The translations under genes were made by a program, and so were the position numbers. Shown here piece after piece: positions 1-9,386 of a DNA stretch of 64,000 nucleotides. The DNA is taken from assembly GCA_018065085.1 (NCBI GenBank), contig JAGHUA010000016.1, positions 34,952 through 98,951 of the forward strand, read 5' to 3'. Source of the DNA: Candidatus Liminaster caballi. GTDB lineage: Bacteria > Bacteroidota > Bacteroidia > Bacteroidales > UBA3663. A model generated the notes under the pieces. It ran no database searches, was not told the DNA's origin, and saw only the letters and a list, made by a program, of their open reading frames with translations. Positions within the stretch are counted from its first letter, which is position 1; every line of letters starts with the position of its first letter.

Positions 1-1
1 C

Positions 2-1120
2 AACACACAGAGCCAGCAGTCTTGGCTTTACGACCATTCGTATGTGGTTTCTCCTGGACGATATACCACAGCCGACACCCTGTTCTATGACGGACTTGCA
101 GGCTATGGCGACGGTTGGGGACACTTCCTTGCCTATGATACCATTCAGCACATGAGCGTGTTGGGCGATTATGCCCATTACACTGACCTGCCTCAGACTA
201 TCACGGTCACCGGACATGCCCTGGCAAAGGAGTTTTCGTCATCAGATACCCTTTATCTGCATGCCGATACATTGCGCACGTACAGCATCTTCGATGAAAA
301 GGTGATGCAGGTGCCTGCCGATACGCTCGTCAGTTATGACACGATAAAGGTATGGCAGACAGAAATGCTTAGGGATTCGCTTCTGACAGATAGTGTCCGC
401 ATTGACTCTATCCTGGTCGATTCGATTGTTGTGCATCTGACACCGCAGGTACGTGACAGTGCCTATACCGATACCATTCACTATCTGACCTGCCATTTCA
501 ACGTTCGATACTATCGTTCGGATATGCAAGGAGTGTGTGATTCGCTCAACTACAATCATCATGACTCTATTGCCACATTCATAGGCAATCCTGTAATGTG
601 GAACCAGAACTACCAGATTACAGGCGATACGATCTTCACGGTCATGGCGCCTTCTGGAGGCATCGAGCGCGCTCTTGTCCACGATCAGGCATTCCTTATT
701 CTGCAACATGACTCATTGCATTACGACCAGATTTCGGGCAAGGATCTTGTGTGCTATTTCGACTCATCGCGCATTCAGCGAATGGATATGTCGGGCAATG
801 TCCAGATTATTTTCTATCCAGAGGACGGTAAAGACGAAGAGAAGAGCCTTATTGGTCTCAACCAGGTTATTGGCAATTATCTGAGCATCTGGTTCATCAA
901 CCAGAAGATGGAACATCTGCGCGTATGGCCGCAGCCTGTCGGTTCGCTGACTCCGTTGCATCTTGTCACAGAGGATATCCTCTATCTTGAAGGTTTCAGG
1001 TGGATGGACTATCTGCGTCCTACAGATCCGATGGATGTGTTCCGTGATGTGAGAATGAAGAGCGAGGACAAGGTGGAGTCAATTCGCCTGTTCAATGACG
1101 ATGAACTGAACGGCTGGTAG
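2..1120 (+). CDS. OstA-like / LptD-N-terminal-like exported protein, 5' end outside window
   Basis: The reading frame stays open to the left window edge, with no stop upstream of the listed GTG at 44. The product is beta-rich and repetitive ('DTL..Y.HADTLR'). The family name is from memory of Bacteroidota OstA-like proteins only. Confidence 0.4.
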   Translation, partial: NTQSQQSWLYDHSYVVSPGRYTTADTLFYDGLAGYGDGWGHFLAYDTIQHMSVLGDYAHYTDLPQTITVTGHALAKEFSSSDTLYLHADTLRTYSIFDEKVMQVPADTLVSYDTIKVWQTEMLRDSLLTDSVRIDSILVDSIVVHLTPQVRDSAYTDTIHYLTCHFNVRYYRSDMQGVCDSLNYNHHDSIATFIGNPVMWNQNYQITGDTIFTVMAPSGGIERALVHDQAFLILQHDSLHYDQISGKDLVCYFDSSRIQRMDMSGNVQIIFYPEDGKDEEKSLIGLNQVIGNYLSIWFINQKMEHLRVWPQPVGSLTPLHLVTEDILYLEGFRWMDYLRPTDPMDVFRDVRMKSEDKVESIRLFNDDELNGW

Positions 1121-1201
1121 CATAGCCTGTCTGTCGGGCCGGTTGCAGTCAACCAAACTTAGTCAAAAAGGTTTAGCAATAGTTTAGCCAAAAGTGTAAA
1201 G

Positions 1202-1519
1202 ATGAGCATATTTACTGTCGAGAAACCACGTAGGTTCCAGCGTGAGAACCGCTTCAGCAACGAGCGTAAGGAATATCTTGAAGCCCGTCGCCGTATCATA
1301 CTCCATGAAGAGGGAATACTTCCTACCGAGGAACTTAAGGCTGAAGAGATTATCAGAGGCAAGTTCATAGAGGGAACCACTCATCTGCGTCGCCGCAAGG
1401 AACGTGAGGAAGAGGAAGGTACACGCGACAAGAGCAAGCGATGGGTAAAGATGGGTGTGTGGCTCATCGTCATGGTGGTGCTATTCGTCTGGCTTTTCCG
1501 TTCTATTTATAATATTTGA
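1202..1519 (+). CDS. small hypothetical protein, charged N-terminal part with a C-terminal transmembrane helix
   Basis: The 105-aa ORF sits between two same-strand genes. Its C-terminus VWLIVMVVLFVWLF is hydrophobic. No family was recognised. Confidence 0.35.
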   Translation: MSIFTVEKPRRFQRENRFSNERKEYLEARRRIILHEEGILPTEELKAEEIIRGKFIEGTTHLRRRKEREEEEGTRDKSKRWVKMGVWLIVMVVLFVWLFRSIYNI

Positions 1520-1534
1520 GAAAGGATATATACC

Positions 1535-3493
1535 GTGGATCTGATTCACCTGCTTCCTGATAGTGTCGCCAACCAGATTGCCGCCGGTGAGGTGGTTCAA
1601 CGTCCTGCGTCTGTCATCAAAGAGTTGCTTGAGAACTCTGTCGATGCCAAGGCAACCGACATTCAGGTTTTCATACGAGAGGCCGGACGCGAACTTATTC
1701 AGGTCATTGACAATGGCATGGGCATGTCGCATACAGATGCGCGTATGGCATTCGAACGACATGCCACAAGCAAGATCAAGCAGGCTGCCGATCTCTTCTC
1801 GCTTCATACCATGGGCTTCCGTGGAGAGGCGTTGCCATCGATTGTGGCTGTTTCCGAACTTGAGATGCGTACACGTCGCGCCGAAGATGAGACTGGTGTT
1901 CATCTTTCCTTTTCGGGTAGTGTCTTACAGCGTCAGGAGGCCGTGGTGTGCCAAAAGGGTACAAACATCGAGGTGCGTAACCTGTTCTTCAATGTGCCGG
2001 CGCGTCGTAAGTTCCTCAAAAGTAACCAGACCGAGCTGTCGAACATCATAACCGAGTTGCAGCATGTGGCGCTTGCCAATCCGCAGGTCGCTTTTTCCAT
2101 TACACACAATGACACTCTGCTTTTCAAGCTCGATGCCGGTTCGCTCAAGCAGCGTATCGTCCAGGTATTCTCCAAACAGGTCGGTCAGCAGCTAATCCCG
2201 GTCAATGTCGAAAATGACTTGATCAGCATCAACGGATTTGTATGCCAGCCGGAATCCGCACGCAAGAAGGGCGCTTTGCAGTATTTCTTTGTCAATGACC
2301 GATACATGCGTCATCCTTACTTCCACAAGGCTGTGATGGAATGCTATAAAGACCTCATCGCCGATGGAGAACAGCCAAACTATTTCATCTACATGAAGGT
2401 CGATCCCGCTTCGATAGATGTGAATATCCATCCGACAAAGACCGAGATCAAGTTTGAGAATGAGGCTGCACGCTGGCATATCCTTATGGCTACGATACGT
2501 GAGGCCATGGGTAAGTACAATGCTGTACCTGCCATCGACTTCGACCAGGCTGATGCCCCAGACATTGCAGCTTTCGACCCTTCTGCACCGATGCCACACG
2601 AACCGAAAGTCTCGTTCAATAACGACTACAATCCGTTCAAGAAGAGTCCGGTGATGTCCAACTGGACGAGTCTGTATGAAGATTTCTCCAACTCGCGCGA
2701 TGGCTCTGTCGGTCATCTTCCCGAAAGCCAGAACGCAATGCCTTCTGTTCATGTGGAGACTATTCCGAGCCGCATGGATATGGGCAATGGTACAGCAGGC
2801 AACGATGACACAGAACCGTTGCCAAGTCGTATGTCCACCATTCTTGACGATGTGCCTGATTATGTGCCTCCAACCACTCAGTTGGTCGATCCGTTGCATC
2901 AGGCACCGTCTGTCGAACCTCACAAATCGGTCTATCGCAAGTACCTTCAGGTATCCTCTCGCTACATTGTGGCCTCAACGCGTCAGGGGATGGTTCTGAT
3001 CGATCAGCACCGAGCACACATGACAGTGCTCTTCGACCGTTATTATCAGCAGATACGTCAGCGTCAGGGCATCTCGCAGCAGGAACTCTTCCCTGAGGTT
3101 ATTGAGGTGTCGAAGGCTGATGTGCCTGTCATGGAGAGTATCCTTGACGACCTGCGCTATCTCGGTTTCGAACTTGACAGTCTTGGCGGTGGCAGCTATG
3201 CGCTCAATGGCAAACCTGCATCGCTCGACAAGAGTATCGACTTCAATGTGCTTCTTCAGCAGATGCTCGATGAGGCACGTGATGAGGTTCATGGCGTCGG
3301 TGACGAACTTGGCCGTAAGCTCGCGCTTCGTTTAAGTGCCACACAGGCATTGCCATACGGTAAGACACTGTCCGAAGAGGAGATGTCGCAGCTCATCGAT
3401 TCACTCTATGCCTTGCCGGATCATACCTATGCGCCTGACGGACATCTGATTGCCGTGCATCTGTCTGTTGATGAACTTGATGCCCGATTCTGA
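1535..3493 (+). CDS. mutL: DNA mismatch repair protein MutL
   Basis: The N-terminus LPDSVANQIAAGEVVQRPASVIKELLENSVDA is the GHKL ATPase signature of MutL. The length is 652 aa and the start codon is GTG. Confidence 0.95.
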   Translation: MDLIHLLPDSVANQIAAGEVVQRPASVIKELLENSVDAKATDIQVFIREAGRELIQVIDNGMGMSHTDARMAFERHATSKIKQAADLFSLHTMGFRGEALPSIVAVSELEMRTRRAEDETGVHLSFSGSVLQRQEAVVCQKGTNIEVRNLFFNVPARRKFLKSNQTELSNIITELQHVALANPQVAFSITHNDTLLFKLDAGSLKQRIVQVFSKQVGQQLIPVNVENDLISINGFVCQPESARKKGALQYFFVNDRYMRHPYFHKAVMECYKDLIADGEQPNYFIYMKVDPASIDVNIHPTKTEIKFENEAARWHILMATIREAMGKYNAVPAIDFDQADAPDIAAFDPSAPMPHEPKVSFNNDYNPFKKSPVMSNWTSLYEDFSNSRDGSVGHLPESQNAMPSVHVETIPSRMDMGNGTAGNDDTEPLPSRMSTILDDVPDYVPPTTQLVDPLHQAPSVEPHKSVYRKYLQVSSRYIVASTRQGMVLIDQHRAHMTVLFDRYYQQIRQRQGISQQELFPEVIEVSKADVPVMESILDDLRYLGFELDSLGGGSYALNGKPASLDKSIDFNVLLQQMLDEARDEVHGVGDELGRKLALRLSATQALPYGKTLSEEEMSQLIDSLYALPDHTYAPDGHLIAVHLSVDELDARF

Positions 3494-3534
3494 CATCTCA
3501 CTAATATTTAATCGATAATATTTATCACTCGCAC

Positions 3535-4359
3535 ATGATTTACGCTATTTGTCTTCAGCCTTATATTCCAATGAGAGCCACCGCAGCCGAGTCGTCTGAG
3601 ATGACCAATCAGCTGCTCTTTGGCGATACATTCCGCATCGTGGAGGAGATTCCTCGCTGGTATCGCATCGTACGCGATTGCGATGATTATGAGGGTTGGA
3701 TTGACTGGAAGACTGCCACGTTGATTGAGAAACATGATTATGACGATTATCTGCGCAAGGCAGATGAAGCCCTGCTCCTGCGTCAGCCATATAATGTAGT
3801 GCAGCAGATAGCTCCATCCGGACAGACTGCCAGTCTTCATCTTTCGTGGGGAAGTCGTATCTTCAATATGGATGATATGGGCATCTCATTCCGTATGCAG
3901 GGTAAGCGTTTCGATGTGCCTAACATGACGTATGTCAATCCTGTAAAGACCGCCAGCATGTCGCGCAATGCCTGTGCGAAATATCTGCTTCAGCAGGCAC
4001 AGATGTTGCTCAATGTGCCATATCTCTGGGGTGGCTGTTCGGCATTCGGCATCGACTGCTCGGGCTTCACACAGACGCTGTTCCGTTTCGTTGGCGTTCG
4101 TCTGCCTCGCAATGCATCTCAGCAGGCGCTTATAGGCGAAGAAGTGGCCTATAAAGACCGTCTTGTGGGTGATCTTGCGTTCTTCAATCATGGCGAGGGT
4201 AATGGTAAGATAACACACGTGGGTGTATGTGATGACCAGGGACGTGTGCTCCATTGTTCGGCATCGCTTCATTACGACGAACTGCGTGAGGATGGCATCT
4301 GGAGCATCGAGCAGCAGAAACTCACACATAATCTCGTTTCTATCCGTCGCGTATTCTAA
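3535..4359 (+). CDS. NlpC/P60 (C40) family cell-wall peptidase with an SH3-like N-terminal domain
   Basis: GIDCSGFTQTLFRFVGVRLPRNASQQ contains the catalytic Cys context, and a downstream HVGV His motif is present. Confidence 0.8.
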   Translation: MIYAICLQPYIPMRATAAESSEMTNQLLFGDTFRIVEEIPRWYRIVRDCDDYEGWIDWKTATLIEKHDYDDYLRKADEALLLRQPYNVVQQIAPSGQTASLHLSWGSRIFNMDDMGISFRMQGKRFDVPNMTYVNPVKTASMSRNACAKYLLQQAQMLLNVPYLWGGCSAFGIDCSGFTQTLFRFVGVRLPRNASQQALIGEEVAYKDRLVGDLAFFNHGEGNGKITHVGVCDDQGRVLHCSASLHYDELREDGIWSIEQQKLTHNLVSIRRVF

Positions 4360-4365
4360 TTATTT

Positions 4366-5832
4366 ATGACTATGGATCTGATTAAGTTACTCTATCTCAT
4401 ATATCAGCAGCATCCGGTTGTCACCACAGACAGCCGTCAGTGTCCAGCCGGATCTTTGTTCTTTGCTCTCAAGGGCGAGCGTTTCGACGGTAATCAGTAT
4501 GCCGCCGAGGTGTTACAGAAGGGCTGTGTACTGGCTGTGGTCGATGATGCAACCGTTATTCCCGACTCTGACCGTCAGCAGGGGGATGCTGGCGTTGCTC
4601 CTGATTCGCTTGTCCTTCCTTTCGGTCGTTATGGACGTTATTTCTATGTCGCTGATGTTCTTGATACACTTCAGCGTCTCGCTGCATGTCATCGTGAGGC
4701 ATTGCGTACATGGCAGCGGCCCGTTCCCGTCATCGGCATCACTGGCACCAATGGCAAGACAACCACAAAGGAACTGACATATAGCGTTCTTTCGCAGAAA
4801 TACAACGTACTTGCCACTCAGGGCAATCTTAATAATCAGATCGGTGTGCCTCTGACTTTGCTCAGGATCCGTCCTGAACACGAACTGGCAATTGTCGAGA
4901 TGGGTGCAAACCATCCGATGGACATTGCCGATCTCTGTGCAATAGCCCGACCAGACTTCGGACTTATTACCAATGTCGGCAAGGCTCATCTGCTCGGCTT
5001 TGGCAGTTTCGAGGGTGTCATTGCTGCAAAGACTAAGCTTTATGAGTCATTGCGCAAGACTGTCGGAACTGTGTTCATCGACAAGGGTAATCCATATCTC
5101 ACAGATAAGACCGAAGGATTGAAACAGGTAGGATACGCTGATTCAGACAAAGTTTCTGCTGGCACTGATGAGTCGTTGTCTGTACGTGGCGCTATGCTTT
5201 CGTGCAACCCTTATCTGACGCTTTCGCTGTTCATCGGCGATGGTCCGTCGCTTGTTGTCAATACCAATCTTATCGGCAGCTATAACCTCATCAATGTCAT
5301 TGCTGCCGCTACGGTGGGCAATTATTTCTCAGTGCCTGCATCTGCCATAAAGGCTGCTATCGAGGGTTATGAACCACAGAACATGCGTTCGCAGCTCGTT
5401 GACCTCGGCCATGACAATAATATCATCCTCGATGCCTACAATGCCAATCCTACAAGCATGGAGGCTGCCTTGCGCAGTTTCTCGGTCAATGCTGCTGTGC
5501 ATAAGAATCTTGTGCTTGGCGATATGCGCGAACTTGGCGATGATTCTCAGACTGAACACCTGCGTGTGCTCCGTCTTTTGGCTTCGGATGAGATAATGAT
5601 CGACAATGTACTCCTTGTTGGATCCGAGTTCACTTCGGCATTCCGTTCGTTGTCCGATGATGAGGTTTCGAATATGGCCAAGTATAATGTGCGCTGCTAT
5701 GCCGATGTTTCGACTTTGCTGACCGATCGCCAGATGCTTGCCAGTATTGCAGGAACCACTCTGGTCAAGGGTTCGCGTGGCATCCAGCTTGAGAAGGTTG
5801 CCGAACTAATGAAGGAGTTGTTTGTCATCTGA
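4366..5832 (+). CDS. murF: UDP-N-acetylmuramoyl-tripeptide--D-alanyl-D-alanine ligase
   Basis: The Mur ligase P-loop GITGTNGKTTTKE is present, along with DAYNANPTSM. The length of 488 aa and domain order fit MurF. Confidence 0.85.
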   Translation: MTMDLIKLLYLIYQQHPVVTTDSRQCPAGSLFFALKGERFDGNQYAAEVLQKGCVLAVVDDATVIPDSDRQQGDAGVAPDSLVLPFGRYGRYFYVADVLDTLQRLAACHREALRTWQRPVPVIGITGTNGKTTTKELTYSVLSQKYNVLATQGNLNNQIGVPLTLLRIRPEHELAIVEMGANHPMDIADLCAIARPDFGLITNVGKAHLLGFGSFEGVIAAKTKLYESLRKTVGTVFIDKGNPYLTDKTEGLKQVGYADSDKVSAGTDESLSVRGAMLSCNPYLTLSLFIGDGPSLVVNTNLIGSYNLINVIAAATVGNYFSVPASAIKAAIEGYEPQNMRSQLVDLGHDNNIILDAYNANPTSMEAALRSFSVNAAVHKNLVLGDMRELGDDSQTEHLRVLRLLASDEIMIDNVLLVGSEFTSAFRSLSDDEVSNMAKYNVRCYADVSTLLTDRQMLASIAGTTLVKGSRGIQLEKVAELMKELFVI

Positions 5833-5843
5833 TTGTTCACGTT

Positions 5844-6509
5844 ATGAGACTTTATCTGTTGCGACATGGCGAGACCGACTGGAATCGCTCTCACCGTTTC
5901 CAGGGACGTATCGACATTCCGCTCAATCAGGCTGGACGAGACCTTGCCATCGAGACACGACGGAACATGCCTGTTATTCAGTTCGACAAGGTTTACTGCA
6001 GTCCGCTCATCCGTGCTGTCGAGACTTCGCATATCCTGCTTGAAGGCCGTTTCCCGATTGATGATATCATCATTGATGAACGAATCAGTGAAGTGTGTTT
6101 TGGCGAATGGGAAGGATGCGACATCGATGCAGTAAGTGAGGATCCATCGCATCCGCTTTATGAATGCCTTTGGCATCCCGATCTTTATTATCCCGAGAAG
6201 TTCAATTCCGACACCAAGGCAGAGTCATTGCATCGTCTGGCCGAAAGGGCAGGGGCGTTCCTGCGTGATGAGATCATGCCGCTTGAGGGAAAGTGTGACA
6301 ATGTGCTGATTGTGGCCCACGGAGCGCTCAATCGTGCCATTGTTGTTGCTGCAGGCTATAAGACTGTGGCTGATTTTTGGGCCATCAAATATCCTAATTG
6401 CTGTCTGACCACACTCGATATCACTGAAGGAAAGGCTACTCTTGTCCGCGAGTCTGAGATATTTTACCAGCCTGACGGATCGTTTACAGGGTGGAAGAAT
6501 GAGAAATAA
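5844..6509 (+). CDS. histidine phosphatase (phosphoglycerate mutase-like) family protein
   Basis: The N-terminal RHGETDWN motif (LLRHGETDWN) is present and HGA occurs later. Confidence 0.8.
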   Translation: MRLYLLRHGETDWNRSHRFQGRIDIPLNQAGRDLAIETRRNMPVIQFDKVYCSPLIRAVETSHILLEGRFPIDDIIIDERISEVCFGEWEGCDIDAVSEDPSHPLYECLWHPDLYYPEKFNSDTKAESLHRLAERAGAFLRDEIMPLEGKCDNVLIVAHGALNRAIVVAAGYKTVADFWAIKYPNCCLTTLDITEGKATLVRESEIFYQPDGSFTGWKNEK

Positions 6510-6525
6510 TAAACTTTAAGATTAT

Positions 6526-6978
6526 ATGCGCGTAGTTATACAGCGAGTAACGCATGCTTCTGTCACCATCGATGGCAATCTGAAGTCTTCTATTGGCAAT
6601 GGACTCCTTATCCTTGTCGGATTTGAGGCCCTTGATAATGCCGAGGATGTCAATTGGATGACACGCAAGGTGTTGGGTCTCCGTATCTTTAATGATGAGG
6701 CGGGTGTGATGAACCGTTCTGTACTTGATATCGGTGGCGATATTCTCATTGTCAGTCAGTTTACTCTTCACGCTCTTACGGCTAAAGGCAATCGCCCGAG
6801 CTACATCCGTGCTGCAGGTCATGACATTGCAGTTCCTCTCTACGAAATGTTTCTCAAAACTGTCAGTGCTGGTCTCGGTCACGAAGTTGGCAGCGGCACT
6901 TTTGGTGCTGATATGAAGGTTGATCTTCTCAACGATGGACCAGTCACCATCTGCATAGATTCAAAGAATAAGGAGTGA
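6526..6978 (+). CDS. dtd: D-aminoacyl-tRNA deacylase
   Basis: MRVVIQRV..ASV, SQFTL and the C-terminus NDGPVTI are characteristic of Dtd. The length is 150 aa. Confidence 0.9.
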   Translation: MRVVIQRVTHASVTIDGNLKSSIGNGLLILVGFEALDNAEDVNWMTRKVLGLRIFNDEAGVMNRSVLDIGGDILIVSQFTLHALTAKGNRPSYIRAAGHDIAVPLYEMFLKTVSAGLGHEVGSGTFGADMKVDLLNDGPVTICIDSKNKE

Positions 6979-7005
6979 CGCCATTTGGCACCACTCCTTT
7001 TTATT
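6971..7005 (+). terminator. candidate intrinsic terminator of dtd
   Basis: A 7-bp stem pairs aggagtg (6971-6977) with cactcct (6992-6998) and is followed by tttttatt. The hairpin overlaps the dtd stop codon. Confidence 0.4.
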
Positions 7006-7013
7006 GTCTTATG

Positions 7014-7097
7014 TCTTTTAACCTTTTAACCTTTTAACCTTTTAACCTTTTAACCTTATAACCTCATAACCTTATAACCTCATAACCTTATAACCTC
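7014..7097. repeat. short tandem 'word' repeat: cttttaac x about 4.5, then cttataacc/tcataacc x about 5
   Basis: Read directly from the sequence. It fills the whole spacer between convergent dtd and dnaA. The + strand has no G from 7014 to 7106. Confidence 0.9.
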
Positions 7098-8489
7098 TTA
7101 CTTACTGGCCGCAATTTTTTGCTCGGCAGTCTCGAACTTTTCCTTAAATTCAGCGTCGGTGTCAAGAAGGTCCTCGACATTCTTCAGGGCGTGGAGAACT
7201 GTGGCATGATCACGGTTGCCCACAACCTGACCGATGCGACTTACCGATTGGGTCGTATATTTCTTGCAGAGCGACATTGCAGCCTGACGGGCAAGCACGA
7301 TCTCACGCTTGCGGCTCTTGCTGTTGATTGACTTCATGTCGATGCCGAACGTGCTGACAACGGCCTGAAGGATTGCTTCGCATGTGATGACTTTCTGTTC
7401 GATCTTCACAATCATGCGCATGACGCGACTTGCCAATTCCTGGTCAATAGGACGGTTGAAGGCAATGGAATGGGCGAGGAGAGAGTTGATGATACCCTCA
7501 AGGTCGCGCACATTATCCGTGGCGTTATGGGCAATATAGTCGATGACATCAGCATCGATCTGGAGACCTTCTTTCTCGCATTTGCCAAGGAGAATGTTCT
7601 TGCGAAGGTCATAGTCAGGATGTTCAATCTCTCCGATAAATCCCCACTTGAATCGGGTCAGCAGACGAGGGATGAGATCTTCAGCAAGTTCAACTGGCGG
7701 ACGGTCACAGGTCATGATCAACTGCTTGCCTGCGGTGTGCAGGTAGTTGAAGATGTGGAAGAATGTATTCTGAGTGGCAACAAGGTTCTTGCCTGCAAAT
7801 TCCTGAATATCATCGACGATAAGAACATCTATCGAGCGGTAGAAGTTGATAAAGTCGTTATGCTGGTTGTTGCGCACGGCATCGGTGTACTGAATCTTGA
7901 AAAGATGTGCAGGTACGTAGAGGACACGTTTCTCCGGCTGATGTTCCTGCACGTACAGGCCGATAGCCTGGGCCAGATGAGTCTTGCCCACGCCTGATGC
8001 GCCGAAGATAAAGAATGGGTTGAACGCATTGTTGCCGGGCTTCTGTGCAACAGTGAGGGCAGCACTCAGAGCAAGTTCATTGCTCTTGCCCTGACAGAAA
8101 GTCTGGAATCGGCAATATGGATTGAGATGTGAATCAAAATCCGCTTCCTTTTTCGTTTCATTTCGCTCTTGAGCCTCGGCCTTTACGCTGTCGTTCTGTG
8201 CAACTTCAATCTGATATCCTAAGGTAATAGGTCCGTACACGCGCTGCAATGTCTTCTTGAGCAGGTCGAAGTACTCTGACTCTAATCGTTCGTAAACAAA
8301 ATGGGACGGAATCTGCATCACCAACTTGCCATTGGTGAAACTGAGAACCTTGTTATGCGCAAAGTAAGCATTGTATGCCTCCTCATTGCCTACAAGGTTG
8401 TCCCGAATGATGTCGAGACATTGTTCCCATTGTGTTTCGTATTGTTGTTTCATATCGTAATCTGGTTCGATCAAAATTTCCGAGTGCAA
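7098..8489 (-). CDS. dnaA: chromosomal replication initiator protein DnaA
   Basis: The AAA+ P-loop GASGVGKTHL, LIVDDIQ, and the C-terminal DNA-binding helix RDHATVLHA are present. The length is 463 aa. Confidence 0.95.
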   Translation of the reverse strand: MHSEILIEPDYDMKQQYETQWEQCLDIIRDNLVGNEEAYNAYFAHNKVLSFTNGKLVMQIPSHFVYERLESEYFDLLKKTLQRVYGPITLGYQIEVAQNDSVKAEAQERNETKKEADFDSHLNPYCRFQTFCQGKSNELALSAALTVAQKPGNNAFNPFFIFGASGVGKTHLAQAIGLYVQEHQPEKRVLYVPAHLFKIQYTDAVRNNQHNDFINFYRSIDVLIVDDIQEFAGKNLVATQNTFFHIFNYLHTAGKQLIMTCDRPPVELAEDLIPRLLTRFKWGFIGEIEHPDYDLRKNILLGKCEKEGLQIDADVIDYIAHNATDNVRDLEGIINSLLAHSIAFNRPIDQELASRVMRMIVKIEQKVITCEAILQAVVSTFGIDMKSINSKSRKREIVLARQAAMSLCKKYTTQSVSRIGQVVGNRDHATVLHALKNVEDLLDTDAEFKEKFETAEQKIAASK

Positions 8490-8878
8490 AGATGATAAAA
8501 AAAAATTAATTATCCAAATGAAAAAAAGTCCTTAAAAAATTTGGATATATGTAACTTGTTGATTTTTAGGCAGCAATTATGCTAGCCTTTATGTATAGGC
8601 TTTGTTTGATGTTTGAGACCTAAAATATGACTGAAAAACAATAATTTACGAAAAACGGATATTGCCGGAACCAAAAAGTTATCAACAAACAGTTTATCGG
8701 ATATTTTATAATTGTTATTGCTTGAAAAACCGTTATTTAGAGTGTTGACAACTTGCGACGAAATGTTTGTAGATATTTAAATTGTTTATTTTTTGCTTAT
8801 TAAAATGATTTCGCACCATCTAAGTGTCAAAACGCTTAAAAATGGTGCGAAAAAGTGTTGATAACTCATGTTTCCGAA
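8490..8878. other. probable oriC (AT-rich dnaA-upstream gap with DnaA-box-like 9-mers)
   Basis: Box-like 9-mers, all one to two mismatches from TTATCCACA: ttatccaaa 8510-8518; tttggatat 8540-8548 (rc atatccaaa); ttatcaaca 8679-8687; tgttgacaa 8743-8751; tgttgataa 8857-8865 (rc ttatcaaca). Long A/T runs are present and no ORF. Confidence 0.5.
8809..8852 (-). terminator. 11-bp-stem hairpin downstream of cdd (terminator, or an oriC structural element)
   Basis: tttcgcaccat (8809-8819) pairs perfectly with atggtgcgaaa (8842-8852) around a 22-nt loop. The minus strand continues with tcatttta. Confidence 0.3.
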
Positions 8879-9364
8879 CTATTGTCCCATGAGATTGTCA
8901 TAGTTAAAACCGAATGGCAAGAGTGCGTTGATTCCATTGATGACATAGGTTTCTTCTTTCGAGCAAAGCATGATTTCTATTGGGGCTCCGGCTCGGTATT
9001 CCGATTCACAAATCACCTGTCGGCATGCACCGCACGGGGCGCAGATATCTTTTGTGATTTCTCCGTTGGTACGTGCAGCCACTGCCAACTTCAAGATTTT
9101 TGCCTCCGGATATTTCGCGTGCGCGTAAAATATAGTTGTACGTTCCGCGCAAAGGCCCGACGGATATGCCGCGTTCTCCTGATTGCTTCCGCTGATGATT
9201 TCTCCGTTGTCGAGGAGTACTGCAGCGCCCACTTGGAAGTGTGAATAAGGCGAATATGAGGTTAAAGTAGCCTTTTTTGCTGCCTCAACTACATTTTTTT
9301 GCTCTAAAGTGAGTTCTGTTTGGCTACAAATTTGTATCTTTGCACCGATTTCTAAGGTTTTCAT
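8879..9364 (-). CDS. cdd: cytidine deaminase
   Basis: The zinc motifs CAERTTIF and PCGACRQVI are present. I moved the start to the internal ATG at 9364 (MKTLEIG), giving about 161 aa. The listed 194-aa form has an implausible N-terminal extension. Confidence 0.85.
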   Translation of the reverse strand: MKTLEIGAKIQICSQTELTLEQKNVVEAAKKATLTSYSPYSHFQVGAAVLLDNGEIISGSNQENAAYPSGLCAERTTIFYAHAKYPEAKILKLAVAARTNGEITKDICAPCGACRQVICESEYRAGAPIEIMLCSKEETYVINGINALLPFGFNYDNLMGQ

Positions 9365-9386
9365 GATAAAAATTTTTTGCAAAGAT

